Positions 58,340-64,000 of a DNA stretch of 64,000 nt are shown here, piece by piece. The notes beneath the pieces were generated by a model. It saw only the letters and a list, made by a program, of their open reading frames with translations, was not told the origin of the DNA and searched no databases. Source of the DNA: Callorhinchus milii (Eukaryota); assembly GCF_018977255.1 (NCBI RefSeq), contig NW_024704743.1:45510001-45574000 (forward strand), written 5' to 3'. Within the stretch, counting starts at the first letter, position 1, and each line of letters starts with the position of its first letter. Position numbers and translations under genes: made by a program.

Positions 58340-58690
58340 AGCTTTCAAGTCAAAGCGCTACACAGCATTTACTCTTCAGTGGGTATGTTGTCGTCAAATG
58401 TGGCAACCAATTAGTGCATAACAATATCCCATGAACAATGAAGTGAACAATTTTATTTGGAGAATTGTTGGTCAGTGAGAAACGTCCTGCTCTTTTCAAA
58501 TCATACCATGAAATCTTTAAAGTCCATCTGAACAGGCAGACGGGATCTTAGTTTAATGTCTCAACAATGCAGCACATGACCAGCTCTGCAATGGAGAGTC
58601 AGTCTGGAATAGGTCTTCAAAATCCTGGTGTGGGACTTGAACTCAAAACCTTCCAACTTAGAGATGAGAGTGCTACTAACTTAGCCAGGT
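58340..58690 (-). mobile_element. Deu-domain SINE
   Basis: gtccatctgaacaggcagacggg..gtttaatgtctca; head gggacttgaactca. Confidence 0.7.
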
Positions 58691-59574
58691 ATACACCAGT
58701 CATCAGAAATAGGAACTATTTTTCCCTTTCTAAAGAGGATCATTGATGCAAATGATGGCACCCAACTACAGCACTGGCTGAAAGTAACTGATTTACCTTA
58801 GACTGATTTGAATCTTCCAGTCTTTAATGGCCAGCAATATCCCTCAGGGATGAGTGCTGATATAGGAAGAGAATAGTGTAATGTTTTCTGAATACATTAA
58901 ACCAGAGGTTCTAAATTGTGAAAACTGCAGCAAATGGTAGATACAGATTAAAAGAGTGAGCAAAACTATGGCAGGTTACGTTTAATGTAGCATAATGTGA
59001 GGCAGTTCAATTTGTATACAAGATTGGCTGATGGTTTATATGTTCTGAGACCCCGTCCGGCGTGGAGGGCGCTATATAAATCCAAGGTGTTGTTGTTGTA
59101 AATAGGATGCAATTGGAGAGGTAGATGAGTAAAAAAAAAAGGTGTCCAAGTTAATAAATTGATTAAAAAAAAGTTTTGCAAAGCAAATTCTAATCTTAAA
59201 GTTCTAAAATATTAAAGCCAAGAACGTGCAGTTCCACTTATACAAAGTTCTTGTCAGAGCTAGTAGTATTGTATTCAGTTTTAGACATCCAAATTAGGAA
59301 GGATATAATGGCTTGGAGATTTCCAGCAACAATTCACTGGAATATCTGGGATGAAGGGATTTATTTGTGATAAAGATGGGTAGATTTTGATTATATTCCT
59401 TAAAATTGAGGAGGTTCCTGTGACTCCAGTTTCATATGCTACTTCATGACTCCCCCAAGTTTCCAGTAACTTTCACCATATGTATATAAAAGATTCAGTT
59501 GCTTTCTAAAACAACTCACAGAAGCTTGTTTCGTCAGTCCCCAAATAAGTACCAATAAAGAACAGGCATCAAAT

Positions 59575-61553
59575 ATCACATAACACAATAAGAGACTTTA
59601 TTGCTTTGTTAACAGATAGGACATTACAAAAAATAGTATTTTCCTCTAATATCCAACAGCTGAAGGCAGGACACTGTCCATAACTAAGAAACAAAACTTG
59701 GGACATAGATACATCCTTGTTTAACTAAAACCATGAATTACTGTAACTTTTTTACATTTTACCTCGCTTTGGGTATCATTACAAAAATAAGTGAAGTCAC
59801 TGTTGTACTTACAAATTCAGTCATAAAAATGTGAACCATAATTATCTGAAAGACAATTTTATGAAAGATGAATACTAAGGAATCTATTTGTTCTGTGATT
59901 AATTATGCAGAATGCAGGAAGACACAACATTACCATCAACTGTGCAGATTTTTTTAAAAAATGAACAAATGGGATTCAACTGTCTCTGTCAGCAACCAGT
60001 TTTTCAAGCTGTTAAAATCTCATACTGTATTTAGTATCTAACAGTCAACAGTATCAACACAACACTAATTATTCATAGTATAACCTAGAAAATTAAATAG
60101 AAATCTTCAATTCATCAAATGACACTCAATTAAAATAAGTTTCTATAATTCACATCCATCGTTATATTATGCAAACTCAAAATTATTCAGTTACAGTGAT
60201 TAGAATTTTTGCATTTAATAAAAGAAACAGAAAATGTTTACTTTTAAGCATTGGTGGAATTTCTATACACAGAAGAGCAATGTGATCCAAACCAATTAAT
60301 ACACAAAATGTTCCTTCCTGTATGTTCTTCAGTGCTGGCTATCTGCTTGGCAGTTATTTTTCTGTGTTTGCATGTCATCATTTCCATTGCATCGGTATTG
60401 CATTTCCAATTAAAAGCAAATTCATTTTCTTTCACTTCTAAAAAATGCCTAAAATAAATCTTAAAAATATATTTTTTAAAAAAACCTTCATCTATTCTGG
60501 AAGACAAAACAATGTGAAAATGATTCCACAAAGCGTGTAAAAGCATGGCAACATGGACACGGAGGAAGGCTACGGTTTCCTGAGATGGCTCTAACTATAA
60601 CTACAATCCTGCTCATTGAAAGTGTTTAATCTAGATATCTAAAATACAAAGACAAAAAACTACAGTGTTATAAAATCAACCAATTTTTCTTTGTATTCCA
60701 TACAGAATGGCAATTTTGAATCATTTGACAATTACTCAAAATAGAAATAAATAAAAACATGTAACAAACAGCAATGCCGCCGGAAGCATTCGCAGTATAT
60801 TAGACTGACTAAAATCAAATGTAAACATTTCAGATGTAGAATCACAAATCAGTATTATAATACTGACAAATCATTGGTAAAAAATAATTTCAACAGTACA
60901 AAATCTAGAACCATGCCAGTATAACTAAGAACTACACATCTCATGAACGGCAGACCATTTAAACACATGTTCTTTTGTTCAATCCTATCAAACCACTTGT
61001 TACTGTATCCTACTTCAAAGATACCTTTGTAATGCCTTAGCACCACTGGCCAATGATACACGAAAGTAAATTTGGTTAAAATGGTTACTACTCATAACAG
61101 TAGTCACAGGACTACGGAGAAAATTGCTGGAGTATATTTATGCAATCTATACAATTTTGTGAGACTGTACCACTTTCCATTGTGACCCATTTTCTACTTT
61201 TTAAAACGATTCCTCATTTATCATTTGACTGCAGCAATACCAAACAAAAAGAAAGTGTAGATGCACTTCTTTGTACCGGTCTATTGCTCCTTACTTCCTC
61301 ATACCCATAAACCAATATTATAAAATTTAAGGAGCTTAGACATTTTTAAAGATGAAACTGTAGCCAGAAGTGCAAGCAACATAACAATAGTACAGGGGCG
61401 AAACTGTGGTCAGAAAATTCTCAATCCAATTGAGACACCGATCAGGTCCAGAAACACGTTTCCATTTCCTGAAAAGGATGCAACGGCTCGGTTCTGGCTC
61501 AAGTAGTGGCTTTGTAAAGGAAAGTCTTACTGGCTGAGAAGAATACAATACAT
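59575..61553 (-). other. SLC4A7: Probable SLC4A7 3' UTR (~2 kb)
   Basis: No recognisable transposon, U-rich on the minus strand, runs from the stop codon to an AATAAA with a GU-rich downstream element. Confidence 0.7.
59597..59602 (-). terminator. Polyadenylation signal AATAAA (SLC4A7)
   Basis: tttatt on + strand; followed on the minus strand by ttgtgttatgtgatatttg; repeats resume just beyond. Confidence 0.65.
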
Positions 61554-61635
61554 TTATACAGATGTTTCAGCATCAAGGACATTTCTTGAGGGCACCTCTT
61601 CAACACAAATTTTGATATCCACTGGGTTTTCAGGG
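61554..61635 (-). CDS. SLC4A7: Last coding exon of sodium bicarbonate cotransporter NBCn1 (PENPVDIKICVEEVPSRNVLDAETSV*)
   Basis: atttgcag acceptor; resembles recalled human C-terminus SPDKPVSVKISFEDEPRKKYVDAETSL; same position and strand relative to NEK10 as in human. Confidence 0.88.
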
Positions 61636-61699
61636 CTGCAAATGTGTAATAAGAATATATTGCCAGGAGTCTGTATTGGTAGCTTAACAATATGCAAAA

Positions 61700-61820
61700 A
61701 CACGCATGCACATGCACACAAAAATGCAAGTGTGCATATATGCAGGCACACACATATACATACATAAATACACACATCCATATATATATACACACACACA
61801 CAAATACATACACACATAGT
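61700..61820 (+). repeat. (CA/TA)n microsatellite upstream of the SLC4A7 last-exon acceptor
   Basis: Directly visible. Confidence 0.85.
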
Positions 61821-64000
61821 AAAAACACATCCGTAAAGAAAAATAAATAAGTTAAAATTGTATCACAATCATAAAATTCTAATATTTCAGAACTTTAATG
61901 AAGGGCTAAGCAGAAGTGTGGATTGCCTTGTAATTCCTGTAGTTATTTTGTAGCATTAGATACAAATTCAGTTGTAATTTCATTCCTGCGTAGCTCATTA
62001 TTTTTGAAATCCAGATCAACATTGATGTGGTTAGACATCAGTTTTAAAACTCAAAACATATTTTTTCATTCTATTTACAAACACATCTAGTCAAGTAATT
62101 CTCAAGTATTAAAAAGTACTAGTTGTGCTATCTACTGCACTTTGCAGATAGAAACTCACATCTGGAAAACAATAAATTAACTAAATGAATTTTCTATTTG
62201 AGAATAAAATGACACTATTACTATAAATCAATCCAGGCTATTTAAATGCATGAGTATTTTTAGTGAAACATAAAATGGATCACTGTTAAGATTTCCTTTT
62301 AGTCCTTCCTCCATCTACTAAATAACTTTGAATAGATTAATAGTAGTTTTAAGAATATCCCATTATATCTGCAGTGCAAAATAGATAATTTATGTTGCCA
62401 ATTTTCATGGAAGTTTATTTCACAGAACACTGTAATCCAGTAGATATTGATGTCAGCATAACACCAGTAGCTAAACTAATGCTCACACTGCTGTAAAACA
62501 CAATCAGCAGTGAAGGGAGGAACTCTGAAGCTGAATAGAGAATGAATTAATAGAAAAAGTGCAATTTTATTGTAAGGAAAAGAGCCTTTTGACTGTGTTC
62601 AGTCATCTTACCCCTCCCTACCCCCCTTGGGCTTCCACCCCCAGCTCAAGTGCCCAGCCAACAGTGTTAAGCACTTTGAGACACCATCTCAACGTGAAAG
62701 GCATGATATAAAATGTAAATTGTATTGAATAAACAGGCAATGAACAGCTGGATGGCCCCGGATTCATCTGGTTTCTTTTTATATATAGCCCATTTTATCA
62801 TTTGTTATTTATAGTGAATCTTCCCATTTATGTTTGTCAGTATCTTCTAATAGTATCCGTGTTTGTCCAAAGCTAGATGATGCTCTTTCGAATTGATATC
62901 CAGAGTGTTTTATTCCAGTTTGAATAGTACAGAACATGAAGTTTTAACCACCAATCCCTAAAGGTTTAAATAACTCAATTTAATTAAAACAATTTGACAT
63001 TAAAGAAAAACAAAGATGCAAAATGAATATTTTCTAACATCTAAAGCAGCAAAAGTTATCAGCAAGTCCCTTAATGAAATCAGAACGGATTCCAACAGAA
63101 TCTGGCTATGAACAGACAAAAAACAGAAACTTATCCAAATTACTTTTCCTAACCATCAAAGCATTTGTTAAAGAATAGCAGTTGACCCTTTTGAAAAGAG
63201 TTTGAAAAGAAAATTCAAAAGAAAGGTAAAAACAATAGATTAAAAAGTGTTTCAAGAAAGATACACATCAGAGCAACAAAATAAACTTCTGCTATCCACA
63301 TTTAAATGTGACTTAATTCTTTGTTGCTGAATTAGCCAGCCTTAAAACATGAAAAGGAACAGATCACTGGAATCAACAGTTCCTTCACACAACCAAAAGA
63401 CAGTGGATTCAATGATCTGGTCAAGCTCCAATTATTCTACGGGCTTCAAGGAACACACACGCAGTGCTCATAGTGGCAAGAAACACTTACAAAATATATT
63501 TATACCTGATATTTATATTGATTTGCAATTCACATGGAACATTTTGTTTTTATGCCAAGAAAAAATCCAACAAACCCACAGAATAATCGTATTTAATATC
63601 TGATGGCAAATGCAGGTACTTTGCATTTAGATTTATCACTAACTGTTCTAAAACTCCTAATAAAAACCATTCACAATCACAAAAGCACTACACTACATAG
63701 TAATTTGCAATCCCTCATGATAATCAATATTGGGCCCATGGGGATTAGACACACTCACATTGCATTTTCATTAGACCCAAGTATTGCGTGGAAATATGAT
63801 GTAAGGCATTATCCTGTACCGGAATGATAGGACATTAGAGAATGGTAGGATACTAGAAACGATAATTTAAGTTATTTTCGAAAATATAAATACGTTAAGA
63901 CGTGAAATGGTAAATCATAGTATTAAACTAAATAAAAGTAAATGTACATGCAATGCTTCATAAAATTAAATAGCTATTATGTATAACAAAATCCCAGCTG

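Noticed and set aside
63759..63852. AG...gtgagt-bounded 94-nt segment as a possible SLC4A7 cassette exon
   Set aside because: The frames compatible with the last exon contain stops, and there is no convincing match to the recalled cassette III peptide. It cannot be excluded without RNA data.

Overview
Eukaryotic, AT-rich vertebrate genomic DNA. The mix of CR1 and L2 LINEs with tRNA-derived Deu/CORE-type SINEs suggests a cartilaginous fish, probably a chimaera (inference). The minus strand carries the 5' part of NEK10: a CpG-rich promoter with RFX X-boxes and CCAAT boxes (~51.45-51.66 kb), a probable non-coding exon 1, and 23 coding exons (46650 down to 3297). All have GT-AG boundaries and consistent phases, totalling 2241 nt / 747 codons (armadillo region plus most of the kinase domain). 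The gene continues off the left edge. Upstream on the same strand lie the last coding exon (...DAETSV*) and 3' UTR of SLC4A7, the same gene order as in human. The rest is mostly CR1, L2 and SINE fragments, several nested. Most notable: (1) a duplicated 108-nt exon-like unit in NEK10 intron 1, open in the NEK10 frame and inside a duplication/inversion rearrangement; (2) a complete non-autonomous Helitron with a second related copy; (3) a SINE/L2 partner system in which young SINEs share the 3' hairpin loop of the young L2; (4) uORFs over the NEK10 start. There are no prokaryotic-type systems. Gene identities rest on my recollection of the human proteins, not on a database search. Repeat boundaries are approximate.
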